In this document: one piece after another, positions 28,384 through 37,765 of the stretch
How the letters are laid out: every line of letters begins with the position of its first letter
Numbering within the stretch: position 1 is the first letter of the stretch
Assembly (NCBI GenBank): GCA_963713825.1
Contig: CAVQNG010000004.1
Coordinates: forward strand, 193,444-257,443
Direction: 5' to 3'
Length of the DNA: 64,000 nt
Origin: an uncultured Acidobacteriota bacterium
GTDB taxonomy: Bacteria; Acidobacteriota; Thermoanaerobaculia; Multivoradales; JAHEKO01
Translations under genes and position numbers: made by a program
Notes under the pieces: model-generated
The model's database searches: none
What the model was told of the DNA's origin: nothing
The model's input: only the letters and a program-made list of their open reading frames with translations

Positions 28384-29064
28384 TCAATTCGAGCCCGAAT
28401 CGTCGTCTGAGCCAGGCATCGCCACCTTGACGACCGAAGGTCGTAAGAGCCGGCCGTGCAAGGTATAGCCAGACTGCAGCTCGTGACTGACGGTCGGCTC
28501 CTTGACGTTCGGGTCTTCGTGGCGCGATACCGCTTCATGGAACTGGGGATCGAAGAGCTCCCCCATCGCCGCCACGCGCTCCACTCCCGAGCTCGCCAGC
28601 AGGTCCTTGATCTGCCGCAAGATGAGATTGACCCCGACCTTGAGGTCCTCTTCCGGCCCTTCGGCCGACAGGGCCCGTTCGAGGTTGTCGATCACGGGAA
28701 GCAGCTGGGTAAACACCTCGGAGGTCGCGAAGCGACGATCGTCATCCCGTTCCTTCTCGGCCCGCTTGCGGAAGTTGTCGAAGTCGGCCAGGGTTCTCGC
28801 CGACCGGTCGCGGAGATCTGCCACCTCGGCGCGGAGCTGGTTGACCTCCGGGCCAACTTCGGAGCTCTCGGAGGCAGACGGAATGACCACGCTCTCGCCG
28901 GGGATCTCTGCGATCCCCTTCTCTGTCTCCTCAGCGGTCGAGCTCTCGACGGCCCTCAGGGCCTCCCGCATCGCAGCTTCGATATCACCGAGCTCTTCCG
29001 GTTCGATTTCGAACTCCCCGGATTCAATCTCATCGATGTCGCGTGAACTATCTCCGTCATTCAT
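28384..29064 (-). CDS. grpE: Nucleotide exchange factor GrpE
   Basis: Coiled-coil region LADFDNFRKRAEKE, a C-terminal beta domain (GYTLHGRLLRPSVVKV), and its position. Confidence 0.92.
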   Translation of the reverse strand: MNDGDSSRDIDEIESGEFEIEPEELGDIEAAMREALRAVESSTAEETEKGIAEIPGESVVIPSASESSEVGPEVNQLRAEVADLRDRSARTLADFDNFRKRAEKERDDDRRFATSEVFTQLLPVIDNLERALSAEGPEEDLKVGVNLILRQIKDLLASSGVERVAAMGELFDPQFHEAVSRHEDPNVKEPTVSHELQSGYTLHGRLLRPSVVKVAMPGSDDDSGSN

Positions 29065-29073
29065 ACCGATGAC

Positions 29074-30171
29074 TCACTCCTCTGTTTCGTCGTCCGCCGA
29101 CGCATGCAAAGTTTGTCCCAGGGTCAATCCCAGAAAGCTCACCAACGGAACGACTTTCTGATAGTCCATGCGAGAAGGACCGAAAACTCCCAGGCTGCCG
29201 AGCGCGTGCTCTTTGGAGCCGTAGGTGGTTGCCACAAGACTGAAATCCAGATCCGAGGTCAGGTCGCTATCTTCACCGATGATGACCCGGACACCTTCGC
29301 CGCCAATCAACTGATTCAGCATGCGGACCAGATCGGCCTTGTCCGTAAAGGTCTCGATCAATCGCCGGACTCGTGGCAGATCGGACAACTCGGGCTGTCC
29401 CAGGACAACCTCGGTCCCTTCGACCAGAAGGCCAGGAGTCTCGTCAGCACCCAGAGCCTGTTGAGCCAGGTCCATCGCGTCTGCCAGCATCTCGTCCAGC
29501 TGTGCCCTTTCCTGGGCCATCAAGCCGAGCAATTTATCTCGGATCTGTCGCAACGTCAGACCGCTGAAACTCTCTGTCAGGTAGTTGGAGATCCGCACGA
29601 GCTCTTCTCTGGACATCTCGTGGAGGGTCTCGATAACCCTGTTCTCCGCCAGGCCGCCGACCGACACCATGACGCAGAGGGTCCGACAACCCGACAGCTT
29701 GACGAAGCTGATCGCCTTCAGAACCGTCTCACCGACCGGCGGTGTCACGACGATGCCGATCTGGTTGGACAGCTGGGTCAGCAGGTGGGTCACGACCTCC
29801 ATCAGCTTCTCGACGTCCGAGAGAACGGACTGCAGCTCGCCCTCGATCAGGCGCCGGTTCGGCTCGGAGATCGCCTTGCTGGGCATCAGGGCGTCGATGT
29901 AGAAGTGATATCCAGAGGCGGTGGGCACCCTGCCCGCGGACTTGTAGGGCTGTGCGAGCAAGCCCTGGTCCTCGAGGTCGGCCATGACGTTGCGGATGCT
30001 CGCCGAGGACAGTCCGTGGTGTTCGAGCTTGGCTACTGTCCGCGAGCTGACAGGCTCGCCACTCGAGATGAATGTATGGATGACATCCCGCAGAATCTCG
30101 CTGTCGCGATCGGCGGGAGAGGCTCGTCGGTTGTGGGCTACCATTTCTTGCCTGTCTGATTCGCTAGCCAA
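29074..30171 (-). CDS. hrcA: Heat-inducible transcription repressor HrcA
   Basis: N-terminal wHTH region ILRDVIHTFISSGEPVSSRTV, HrcA length, and its position ahead of grpE. An alternative ATG lies at 30144. Confidence 0.88.
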   Translation of the reverse strand: MASESDRQEMVAHNRRASPADRDSEILRDVIHTFISSGEPVSSRTVAKLEHHGLSSASIRNVMADLEDQGLLAQPYKSAGRVPTASGYHFYIDALMPSKAISEPNRRLIEGELQSVLSDVEKLMEVVTHLLTQLSNQIGIVVTPPVGETVLKAISFVKLSGCRTLCVMVSVGGLAENRVIETLHEMSREELVRISNYLTESFSGLTLRQIRDKLLGLMAQERAQLDEMLADAMDLAQQALGADETPGLLVEGTEVVLGQPELSDLPRVRRLIETFTDKADLVRMLNQLIGGEGVRVIIGEDSDLTSDLDFSLVATTYGSKEHALGSLGVFGPSRMDYQKVVPLVSFLGLTLGQTLHASADDETEE

Positions 30172-30197
30172 TATCGCTCATCGGCGCTGCGTGCGGG

Positions 30198-30227
30198 AAA
30201 ACTAGCCATGTCCCGAGCCTCTGTCAA
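30198..30227 (-). promoter_or_regulatory. Candidate sigma-70 type promoter for the hrcA operon (TTGACA-17 nt-TAGTTT)
   Basis: The minus strand reads TTGACAgaggctcgggacatggcTAGTTT, 30-55 nt upstream of the hrcA start. No CIRCE inverted repeat was seen nearby. Confidence 0.35.
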
Positions 30228-30359
30228 GGCAGCTGGCAGCATCGCGGGCGGTTGCTTCACGGGCAGCGGACCCAGCCAAGCCGGAACACCTGCGAGAATC
30301 TGCAATTCTCCCACGGGGGCCTTGCCTGGGCTTCTACCCGCGGCTATTGTAGCGCAGCG

Positions 30360-31238
30360 ATGTCAACATCGAAGTCACTGGTTCCACTACGGTTCTCCCT
30401 GGTCGGACCGGGCCGTGTGGGATGCAGCCTGGCCCATTGGCTGACCGTCCGGGGAGCCGAGATCGTGGCTGTTGCCGGCCGCGATCCCGAGCGCACAGGC
30501 AGCCTGGCTCGCCAGCTCGGGGCCACTCCCACCACAGTGGATCAGCTCCAAACAGAGGGACAGGCCCTTCTATTGCTCGCCGTTTCGGACCCGGCTCTGT
30601 CCCCTGTCGCGACCGTCCTGGCCGAGCGGCCCCAGGCCAACGTGGCCCTGCACACCGCCGGTGCTCTCGACGCCTCCGTGCTCGCGCCGCTGCAAGTCGC
30701 CGGGGCCAGCATCGGATCCTTGCACCCACTGATGGCCTTTCCGAGAGTTCTCACCGACCCAGCCCAGGCCGCGGGGATGGTCTTCGCCCTCGACGGCGAC
30801 CCGCTGGCGCGGGATCTGGCAGAGAAGATCGTCCTTTCCTGGGACGGAATCCCGGCGCTGGTGACAGCAGAGGCAAGACCTATCTACCACTTGGGGGCAT
30901 CCATTGCGGCGGGTGGCGTTGTGACCCTGCTTGCCGCGGCCTTCGAGATGGCCTCCCGACAGGGACTACCCTCCGAGATCATGCAGGGCTATCTCACCCT
31001 GGCCCGAGGTGCCCTCGATCAGGCCTCTCGATCGATTCGTGTCGCCGACGCCATCACCGGTCCTGTGGCGAGAGGCGACGTGGAGACGTTTCAGCGCCAG
31101 ATCGAGAGCCTCGAAAAGCTCGATCCGAGCCTGACGCGGGCGGTGCTCGGTCTCGCCGACCTGACCCGTCGATTCACTGCAAACGAAGGCGATTCCGACA
31201 CCCAATCCGAAGAGCGAGCCCGGGCGCTGAAACCATAG
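30360..31238 (+). CDS. Rossmann-fold oxidoreductase-like protein with DUF2520-type C-terminal domain
   Basis: N-terminal FSLVGPGRVGCSLA dinucleotide-binding motif and a C-terminal ...ITGPVARGD... pattern. Start set at the ATG at 30360. Confidence 0.65.
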   Translation: MSTSKSLVPLRFSLVGPGRVGCSLAHWLTVRGAEIVAVAGRDPERTGSLARQLGATPTTVDQLQTEGQALLLLAVSDPALSPVATVLAERPQANVALHTAGALDASVLAPLQVAGASIGSLHPLMAFPRVLTDPAQAAGMVFALDGDPLARDLAEKIVLSWDGIPALVTAEARPIYHLGASIAAGGVVTLLAAAFEMASRQGLPSEIMQGYLTLARGALDQASRSIRVADAITGPVARGDVETFQRQIESLEKLDPSLTRAVLGLADLTRRFTANEGDSDTQSEERARALKP

Positions 31239-31310
31239 AGGAACCGGTCACTTTCACCCCTGGAACCTGATGGTAAGATCCAGCCCAGCGCGAGGCAGAG
31301 CCCTATAGCT

Positions 31311-32402
31311 ATGGCCACATTCAACTTCAGCACCATGCAGATGACGGTCAAGGTCGTCTACTACGGCCCGGGCCTCTGCGGCAAGACGACAAATCTACAG
31401 TTCATCTACGGCCATACGACGCCGAACTCACGGGGTGAGATGGTCTCTCTGGAGACCAAAGCGGATCGAACCCTGTTCTTCGATCTGCTGCCGATCGAAG
31501 TGGGGACGATCGCCGGCTTCAAGACCAAGATCCAGCTCTATACGGTGCCCGGGCAGGTGTTCTACAACACCACTCGCAAGCTCGTATTGAAAGGCGTCGA
31601 CGGAATCGTCTTCGTGGCCGATACTCAACGCCCCATGCTGCAATCGAACGTCGAGTCCCTCAGCAACCTGAAGACCAACCTGGCGGAGCTGGGCATCGTC
31701 ATCGACACGGTTCCCATGGTGTTCCAGTACAACAAACGGGACCTTCAGGACGTCTGCACCGTGCAGGAGCTCGACAAGACACTGAACAGCAGGGAGGTGC
31801 CGCGAGTCGAGGCGGCGGCACTGACGGGAATGGGGGTCTTCGAGACCCTGCGAGCCATCTCGAAGCTCACTCTCGGTGCACTCAAGAAGCAACTCGAAGA
31901 GGGTTCGCCTTCCTCGGCGAGAGTCCCGCTGCCGCTACAGCCCAAGGTTCCTGCGGCAGCGGCGACCAAGAAGGCGGCGACCAGCGCCCCGCCCATCGTT
32001 CCTCCCCAGGCCAGACCCGCTGCCAGCCCGCAACCGCAAGCGAGTCAGGCGGCGGCCAGCGCGGCACCGGCCGCGAGCCCGGCAGAAGCTCGTCCGGCGC
32101 CAGTGAGAGCTACCGCGCCAAAGCCGTCACCAGTAGCTGCTCCGGCTTCTACTCCTCCCAGGCCACGTCCGACACCGCCAGCCGCCAAACGGGAGACAGG
32201 CCGGACCAGTCGCAATCTATTGCTCCGTCTGGACCAACCGGATCTCGAACGAACTCACCGAGTCACCCTGAGCTTGAGGCTCGAGGACGCCGATCAGAGA
32301 CTGGTTCAAGAGGTGCGAAACGTGCAGTTGGACCTGGATCGTTCCGAGTCGTCCGACGACTTGCAGCTGCAACTCAATATTCGCCTCCACCCCAAGTCTT
32401 GA
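31311..32402 (+). CDS. MglA-type Ras-like GTPase fused to a Pro/Ala-rich linker and an unknown C-terminal domain
   Basis: The first 195 aa or so are near-colinear with Myxococcus MglA (KVVYYGPGLCGKTTNLQFIY, LYTVPGQVFY, QYNKRDL). A low-complexity P/A stretch of about 100 aa follows, then about 70 aa of ordinary composition. Confidence 0.85.
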   Translation: MATFNFSTMQMTVKVVYYGPGLCGKTTNLQFIYGHTTPNSRGEMVSLETKADRTLFFDLLPIEVGTIAGFKTKIQLYTVPGQVFYNTTRKLVLKGVDGIVFVADTQRPMLQSNVESLSNLKTNLAELGIVIDTVPMVFQYNKRDLQDVCTVQELDKTLNSREVPRVEAAALTGMGVFETLRAISKLTLGALKKQLEEGSPSSARVPLPLQPKVPAAAATKKAATSAPPIVPPQARPAASPQPQASQAAASAAPAASPAEARPAPVRATAPKPSPVAAPASTPPRPRPTPPAAKRETGRTSRNLLLRLDQPDLERTHRVTLSLRLEDADQRLVQEVRNVQLDLDRSESSDDLQLQLNIRLHPKS

Positions 32403-32456
32403 TCGAACCAGCCCGGCGACATCGAGAGCCAGGTTCTCCCCTGGAAGCGACAACAC

Positions 32457-32915
32457 ATGAGATGTCCGTTCTGCACCGAAAACAACGATCGGGTGGTGGA
32501 CTCCCGAGAGAATCGCCACGGCATGACCATTCGGCGACGGCGGGAGTGCCTGGAATGCGGACGTCGGTTCACCTCCTACGAGCGGATCGAAGAGATCCCC
32601 TACATGGTGATCAAGCGCGACGGCAGCCGGGTCGAATTCGATCGGGCCAAGCTGCTGGCCGGCCTTCACAAGGCCTGCGAGAAACGACCCGTACCAGCCA
32701 AGCGGTTGGAGGAGATGGTCGATCTCGTCGAGCAGCAACTCCAGGACCGGGAGGACCACGAGATCACGACGCAGGAGATCGGCCAGTTCGTCATGGACCA
32801 GCTACGAGAGCTGGATCAGGTCTCCTACGTCCGCTTCGCTTCCGTCTACCGCAAGTTCGAAGACATCGACGCCTTCATGTCGGAGCTCAAGAATCTCCTT
32901 GACCAACGTCGTTGA
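32457..32915 (+). CDS. nrdR: Transcriptional repressor NrdR
   Basis: MRCPFC...RRRRECLECGRRFTSYE zinc ribbon plus an ATP-cone. Confidence 0.95.
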   Translation: MRCPFCTENNDRVVDSRENRHGMTIRRRRECLECGRRFTSYERIEEIPYMVIKRDGSRVEFDRAKLLAGLHKACEKRPVPAKRLEEMVDLVEQQLQDREDHEITTQEIGQFVMDQLRELDQVSYVRFASVYRKFEDIDAFMSELKNLLDQRR

Positions 32916-35323
32916 CTATCAAGAGCCCTCGAACCATGACCACGACACCCACAATGACCGACGAAACCCTCGACGGCAGCATGAAGCTGCCCGACGTCCT
33001 GCCCGTCCTGCCGTTGAAGGACACGGTGATTTTTCCCTACATCATCCTGCCCCTCTCCGTCGGGCGCGACAAGAGCGTCCTCGCAGTCGATCAGGCCCTG
33101 GCCGAAAACCGGATCATCATGCTGGTGACCCAGAAAGACGCCTCGGTCGAGGATCCCGGTGAGGAGGATCTGCACGAGTTCGGCACGGCGGCACTGATCA
33201 TGCGCATGTTGAAGCTGCCTGACGGCCGCATCCGCATTCTCGTCCAGGGCCTGAGTCGCGCCCGAATCGCCCACATCGGCCAGACCGAGCCGCATCTCAA
33301 GGCCAAGATCGAGCAGTTGGACGAGCCTCTCTTCGGTGACCAGGATCTGGCGGTGGAGGCCCTTGTCCGTACCGTCAAGGAGGGCCTCGACACTGTCGTC
33401 AACCTCGGCAAGACGATCTCTCCCGAGGTGATGATCATCGCGGCCAATCTCGAAGACCCCGGGCGCCTCGCGGACCTGGCGGCAGGCAATCTCGAGCTCA
33501 AGGCCGAGGATGCACAGGAAATCCTGCGCACCATCTCGCCTCTGGAGCGATTGCGCAAGGTCAGCGACCTGCTCCTGAGGGAGATCCAGCTGCTCAAGAT
33601 GCAGCAGGAGATCTCGCTACAGGCGCGGGGAGAGATGGACAAGGGACAGCGAGAGTACTTCTTGCGGCAGCAGCTCAAGGCGATTCAACAGGAGCTCGGC
33701 GAAGGGGACGAGCTCGACGAGGAGATCACCGATTTCCGTCGTATCGGCAAAGAGAAGCAACTCCCCGAGGAGGCTCTCGAGGAGCTCGAACGTCAGATCC
33801 AGAGGCTGGAGCGCGGCCATCCCGACAGCGCCGAGACCGCCATCACCCGGACATACCTCGAGTGGCTGACGGGGCTTCCGTGGGAGACGCAGAGCGAAGA
33901 TCTCCTGGACCTGGTACGCGCCCGCAAGATTCTCGACGAAGATCACTACGATCTGGAGAAGGTCAAAGAGAGAATCCTCGAGTACCTTGCGGTTCGCAAA
34001 CTCAAGGACGACACCAAGGGGCCGATCCTCTGCTTTGTCGGACCGCCTGGAGTCGGCAAAACTTCGCTCGGACGCTCGATCGCCAGGGCCCTGGGACGAG
34101 AGTTTGTTCGCATCTCTCTGGGAGGCGTGCGCGACGAGGCCGAGATCCGCGGTCATCGGCGAACCTACGTCGGCGCCATGCCGGGCAGGATCATCCAGGG
34201 AATCAACCAGGCCGGAACCAGCAACCCGGTCTTCATGCTGGACGAGATCGACAAGGTGGGAGCGGATTTCCGAGGGGATCCCTCCTCCGCTCTGCTGGAG
34301 GTCCTGGATCCGGAGCAGAACTTCAGCTTCCGCGATCACTATCTGAGCGTCGCCTACGACCTGTCTCGGGTCATGTTCATCACCACCGCCAACCTCCTCG
34401 AGCCGATTCAGCCCGCCTTCCTCGACCGCATGGAGGTCATCCGGCTGAGTGGCTACACCGGCCAGGAGAAGCTCCAGATTGCCCAGCGTCACCTGATTCC
34501 AAAGCAGGTCGAGCAGCACGGGCTGAAGTCCAACCAGATCTCTTTCACGACGGCGGCTATCCGCAAGATCGTCAAGGACTACACGAAAGAAGCTGGACTG
34601 CGCAATCTCGAGAGAGAGCTGGCGGCGATCTGCCGCAAGGTAGCGGTGCAGGTAGCAGGGGGTAAGAAGGGCAAGACCCCCGTATCCCTCGCCCGGGTCG
34701 AAGAGCTTCTGGGTCCCGCCAAGCACTTCAGCGAAGAGCTCTTGACCATCAACCGGGTCGGAGTCGCAACGGGCCTGGCGTGGACCGCTGCCGGCGGCGA
34801 TCTACTGTTCATTGAGACCGTGGCCCTGCCAGGCAAGGGTCGACTGGTCCTCACGGGGCAGCTCGGAGAGGTCATGAAGGAGTCCGCGCAGGCCGCCTTG
34901 AGCTTTTCTCGCTCGTACTGTGCCGACTCTGACCTGCCGGCCGGTTTCTTCACCACCCACGACTTCCATATTCACGTTCCAGCCGGCTCCATCCCCAAAG
35001 ACGGTCCTTCGGCCGGCATCACCATCGCCGCAGCCATCGTCTCCGTCCTGCTGGGCAGACCGATCAACCGAAGACTCGCCATGACAGGTGAGATCACGCT
35101 GCGAGGCGACATCCTGCCCATCGGCGGACTGAAGGAGAAGGTCCTGGCGGCCAAGGCGGCAGGCGTCAAGAGAATCGTGCTGCCCCGACTCAACGAGAGA
35201 GATCTCCACGAAGTCCAGCCAGAGCACCGCAAGGGTCTGACGTTCCACTTTGCCGAGGACATGCGCGAAGTGTTGGACATCGCCCTGATGAAGAAGCCGA
35301 GAGCTCGCCGCAAGGCGAGTTGA
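32912..35323 (+). CDS. lon: ATP-dependent Lon protease (endopeptidase La)
   Basis: LPVLPLKDTVIFP LON-N domain, Walker A GPPGVGKTS, and the protease-domain active-site region PKDGPSAGI. An alternative ATG lies at 32936. Confidence 0.95.
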   Translation: MTIKSPRTMTTTPTMTDETLDGSMKLPDVLPVLPLKDTVIFPYIILPLSVGRDKSVLAVDQALAENRIIMLVTQKDASVEDPGEEDLHEFGTAALIMRMLKLPDGRIRILVQGLSRARIAHIGQTEPHLKAKIEQLDEPLFGDQDLAVEALVRTVKEGLDTVVNLGKTISPEVMIIAANLEDPGRLADLAAGNLELKAEDAQEILRTISPLERLRKVSDLLLREIQLLKMQQEISLQARGEMDKGQREYFLRQQLKAIQQELGEGDELDEEITDFRRIGKEKQLPEEALEELERQIQRLERGHPDSAETAITRTYLEWLTGLPWETQSEDLLDLVRARKILDEDHYDLEKVKERILEYLAVRKLKDDTKGPILCFVGPPGVGKTSLGRSIARALGREFVRISLGGVRDEAEIRGHRRTYVGAMPGRIIQGINQAGTSNPVFMLDEIDKVGADFRGDPSSALLEVLDPEQNFSFRDHYLSVAYDLSRVMFITTANLLEPIQPAFLDRMEVIRLSGYTGQEKLQIAQRHLIPKQVEQHGLKSNQISFTTAAIRKIVKDYTKEAGLRNLERELAAICRKVAVQVAGGKKGKTPVSLARVEELLGPAKHFSEELLTINRVGVATGLAWTAAGGDLLFIETVALPGKGRLVLTGQLGEVMKESAQAALSFSRSYCADSDLPAGFFTTHDFHIHVPAGSIPKDGPSAGITIAAAIVSVLLGRPINRRLAMTGEITLRGDILPIGGLKEKVLAAKAAGVKRIVLPRLNERDLHEVQPEHRKGLTFHFAEDMREVLDIALMKKPRARRKAS

Positions 35324-35348
35324 GGATTGCCCACCTGAGCGTCGGCCT

Positions 35349-36341
35349 ATGAGCTCGAGCCGAGAGGACCGTCTTCTAGATTGGCTGCGGGAGCAGCTGC
35401 GCCGAGACGGCAGCGACAGAATCGGCGACGACGCGGCCCTGCTGCCGAAAGCCGAGTCCGCGATCACGGTGGATCATCAGATCGCCGGCGTCCATTTCCC
35501 GGCTGATCTCGACCCGCGAGTCGTGGCGGGACGACTTCTGGCGGTGAACCTCTCCGACCTGGCCGCCATGGGAGCCGTACCGCGGTACGCGTTCCTCGCA
35601 CTGAGCTCTCCCGCCGATCAAAACGTCAAGAGCTTCCTCAGGGCTCTGCTGAAGGCCTGCCGACAGGCTGACGTCGAGTTGGCCGGCGGAGACTTGGCAC
35701 GGGGACCCGTTCTTTCGGCAACGTTGACACTTGTCGGAGGCAAGGCCTCTGGCGGCAGATGGGTCCGACGCAGCAACGGCCAGCCAGGCGATCGACTCTG
35801 GCTGGGTGGCCCGGTTGGCGAGTCCGCCCTCGGCCGCCATCTACTGGCCGGTGGCGCCTCATTTCGGCAGTCCCGCATCCAACTTCCTGCAGCGCTCACC
35901 TCGCACACCGGACTGACGACTTCCGCCAGGCAAGCCATCCGGAGGCATCTGTTCCCTGAACCCCAGATCGACCTGGGTCTGTGGCTGGCACGACGCCGCA
36001 GAGCCGCGGCCATCGACATCTCCGATGGACTGTCCCTGGATCTGCATCGCTTGTGCAAAGAGAGTGGTGTCGGCGCACGACTGCACGCCGAGAGGCTGCC
36101 AGTTTCGAAGCGTTTCCTGGAACTGTGTGCTTGGCAGAAACTGGAGCCTGAAGAGTTGATGCTCGCAGGCGGTGAAGACTACTGCCTCCTGTTCAGCCTA
36201 CCGGCATCGATCCGACCGCCCAGCCGCTACGACTGCACCCGCATCGGGGAGCTCACTCGAGACCGTTCGATTCGTTGGATCGAGGGCGGGCGTGAGAGCC
36301 CTCTGGAGCCGCAGGGCTGGGATCATCTGAAGGCCGTCTAG
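35349..36341 (+). CDS. thiL: Thiamine-monophosphate kinase
   Basis: IGDDAALL, AVNLSDLAAMGA and DISDGL motifs of the PurM-like ThiL family. Confidence 0.88.
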   Translation: MSSSREDRLLDWLREQLRRDGSDRIGDDAALLPKAESAITVDHQIAGVHFPADLDPRVVAGRLLAVNLSDLAAMGAVPRYAFLALSSPADQNVKSFLRALLKACRQADVELAGGDLARGPVLSATLTLVGGKASGGRWVRRSNGQPGDRLWLGGPVGESALGRHLLAGGASFRQSRIQLPAALTSHTGLTTSARQAIRRHLFPEPQIDLGLWLARRRRAAAIDISDGLSLDLHRLCKESGVGARLHAERLPVSKRFLELCAWQKLEPEELMLAGGEDYCLLFSLPASIRPPSRYDCTRIGELTRDRSIRWIEGGRESPLEPQGWDHLKAV

Positions 36342-36349
36342 AATCCTCG

Positions 36350-36826
36350 ATGATGAGCAAGACCGATCTCTACCAACAGGCCGAGTCGCGGATCGCCGAG
36401 CTGGTCCGCGATCTGGACGATCCCATCGCCGCGATGGCGAGCACGGCATCCGTGCTTCATGAGCTGCTCCCAGCTGCCAGCTGGACCGGCTTCTACCGCG
36501 TCGTGGCTCCCGAGCTGCTGCGTGTGGGCCCCTATCAGGGACCGGTGGGGTGTCTAGAAATTGCCTTTGGCCGCGGTGTTTGCGGCGCCGCGGCCCGCCT
36601 TCGGCAGTCCCAGGTCGTCGAAGACGTTCACGACTTCGAAGGTCACATCGCCTGTGACGCGCTGGCCCGCTCCGAGGTGGTCGTGCCGGTCTTCGATGGT
36701 CAGAACACCGTGGTAGCAGTCCTCGATATCGACTCCCATGAACCGGCAGCCTTCGACGACACCGACCGGGCAGCGTTGGAGAGAATCGTCGAGTTGCTAC
36801 GCCCCTGCTTCGACACCCCCGACTAG
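36350..36826 (+). CDS. GAF-domain protein, free methionine-(R)-sulfoxide reductase (YebR/fRMsr) family
   Basis: WTGFYRV...GPYQGPVGCLEIAFGRGVCGAAA...HIACD pattern. Confidence 0.8.
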   Translation: MMSKTDLYQQAESRIAELVRDLDDPIAAMASTASVLHELLPAASWTGFYRVVAPELLRVGPYQGPVGCLEIAFGRGVCGAAARLRQSQVVEDVHDFEGHIACDALARSEVVVPVFDGQNTVVAVLDIDSHEPAAFDDTDRAALERIVELLRPCFDTPD

Positions 36827-36838
36827 CATGGGCCTTGA

Positions 36839-37726
36839 TCAAGGGATGGCCAGGCTGCGAACCAGATAGGAGAGGGCCTGGCGGCTCAAGCCGAGACTTC
36901 TCGCCGCTTCGGCTCGATTCCCACCACTGGCATTCAGGGCTTCCCGAACCAGCTCCCGACGGAACTCTCTCACCTGCTCGTGGTAGCCAACCGCGGCGCA
37001 ACGATCGGAGTCCGGCAGCTCCAGGTGCTCGGAGCGGATGACGTAGTCGTCCGCCAGAGCTTTGGCGACTTCCAGGGTATTGCGCAACTCCCGAACATTG
37101 CCGGGCCATGGGTAGGAGCGCAGTCGCTGTCTGGCTTCCGAGCTCAACTGATAGCCCTCACGGACCAGAAAATGCTCTCCCAGAAGCAATACGTCCTGGC
37201 CCCGCTCCCGCAGCGGCGGTAGAACGACGCTGCCGACCTTGAGTCGATAAAAGAGATCGCGGCGGAACTCCCCGTCATTCACCATCGAGATGAGGCTGCG
37301 GTGTGTCGCCGCGACGATTCGGACATCCACTTTGCGGGGCAGACTCTCACCCAGTCTGCGGACTTCTCTCTCCTGCAGCACGCGGAGAAGCTTCCCCTGG
37401 GCTGGCAGCGGCAGGTCTCCGATCTCGTCCAGAAAGACCGTCCCTCCACGACTGGCCTCGAAGATCCCCGCCCGATCCCGATCGGCCCCCGTGAACGAGC
37501 CTTTGACGTGGCCGAAGAGATCCGACAGCAACAGCGAATCCGGCAGAGCCGCGCAGTTGACCGCCAGGAACGGCAGGGTCGCCCGGGCACTGAGCCGGTG
37601 GATCCGTCGAGCTGCCAACTCTTTGCCGGTACCGGTCTCGCCCAGAATCAGTATCGCCAGATCCGAAGGAGCCAGCAGAGCCAGGCGTTCCAGCGCCGAA
37701 CGCAGCCGCGGACTCTCACCCAGCAT
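36839..37726 (-). CDS. Sigma-54-dependent transcriptional activator consisting only of AAA+ and HTH domains
   Basis: GETGTGKELAA, GSFTGA (a variant of GAFTGA), FLDEIGDL, RVIAATH-like, WPGNVRELRN, and a Fis-type C-terminal HTH. There is no room for a sensory domain because the aroA stop lies 40 nt upstream. Confidence 0.85.
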   Translation of the reverse strand: MLGESPRLRSALERLALLAPSDLAILILGETGTGKELAARRIHRLSARATLPFLAVNCAALPDSLLLSDLFGHVKGSFTGADRDRAGIFEASRGGTVFLDEIGDLPLPAQGKLLRVLQEREVRRLGESLPRKVDVRIVAATHRSLISMVNDGEFRRDLFYRLKVGSVVLPPLRERGQDVLLLGEHFLVREGYQLSSEARQRLRSYPWPGNVRELRNTLEVAKALADDYVIRSEHLELPDSDRCAAVGYHEQVREFRRELVREALNASGGNRAEAARSLGLSRQALSYLVRSLAIP

Positions 37727-37765
37727 CGGATTGGATCAAGCGGAGTCGCGAGGTTGGCGAGCTGT

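Noticed and set aside
30172-30260. CIRCE operator upstream of hrcA
   Set aside because: The CTAGCC...CTAGCC pair is direct, not inverted, and nothing approximates TTAGCACTC-N9-GAGTGCTAA. It is reported as an absence, not a feature.
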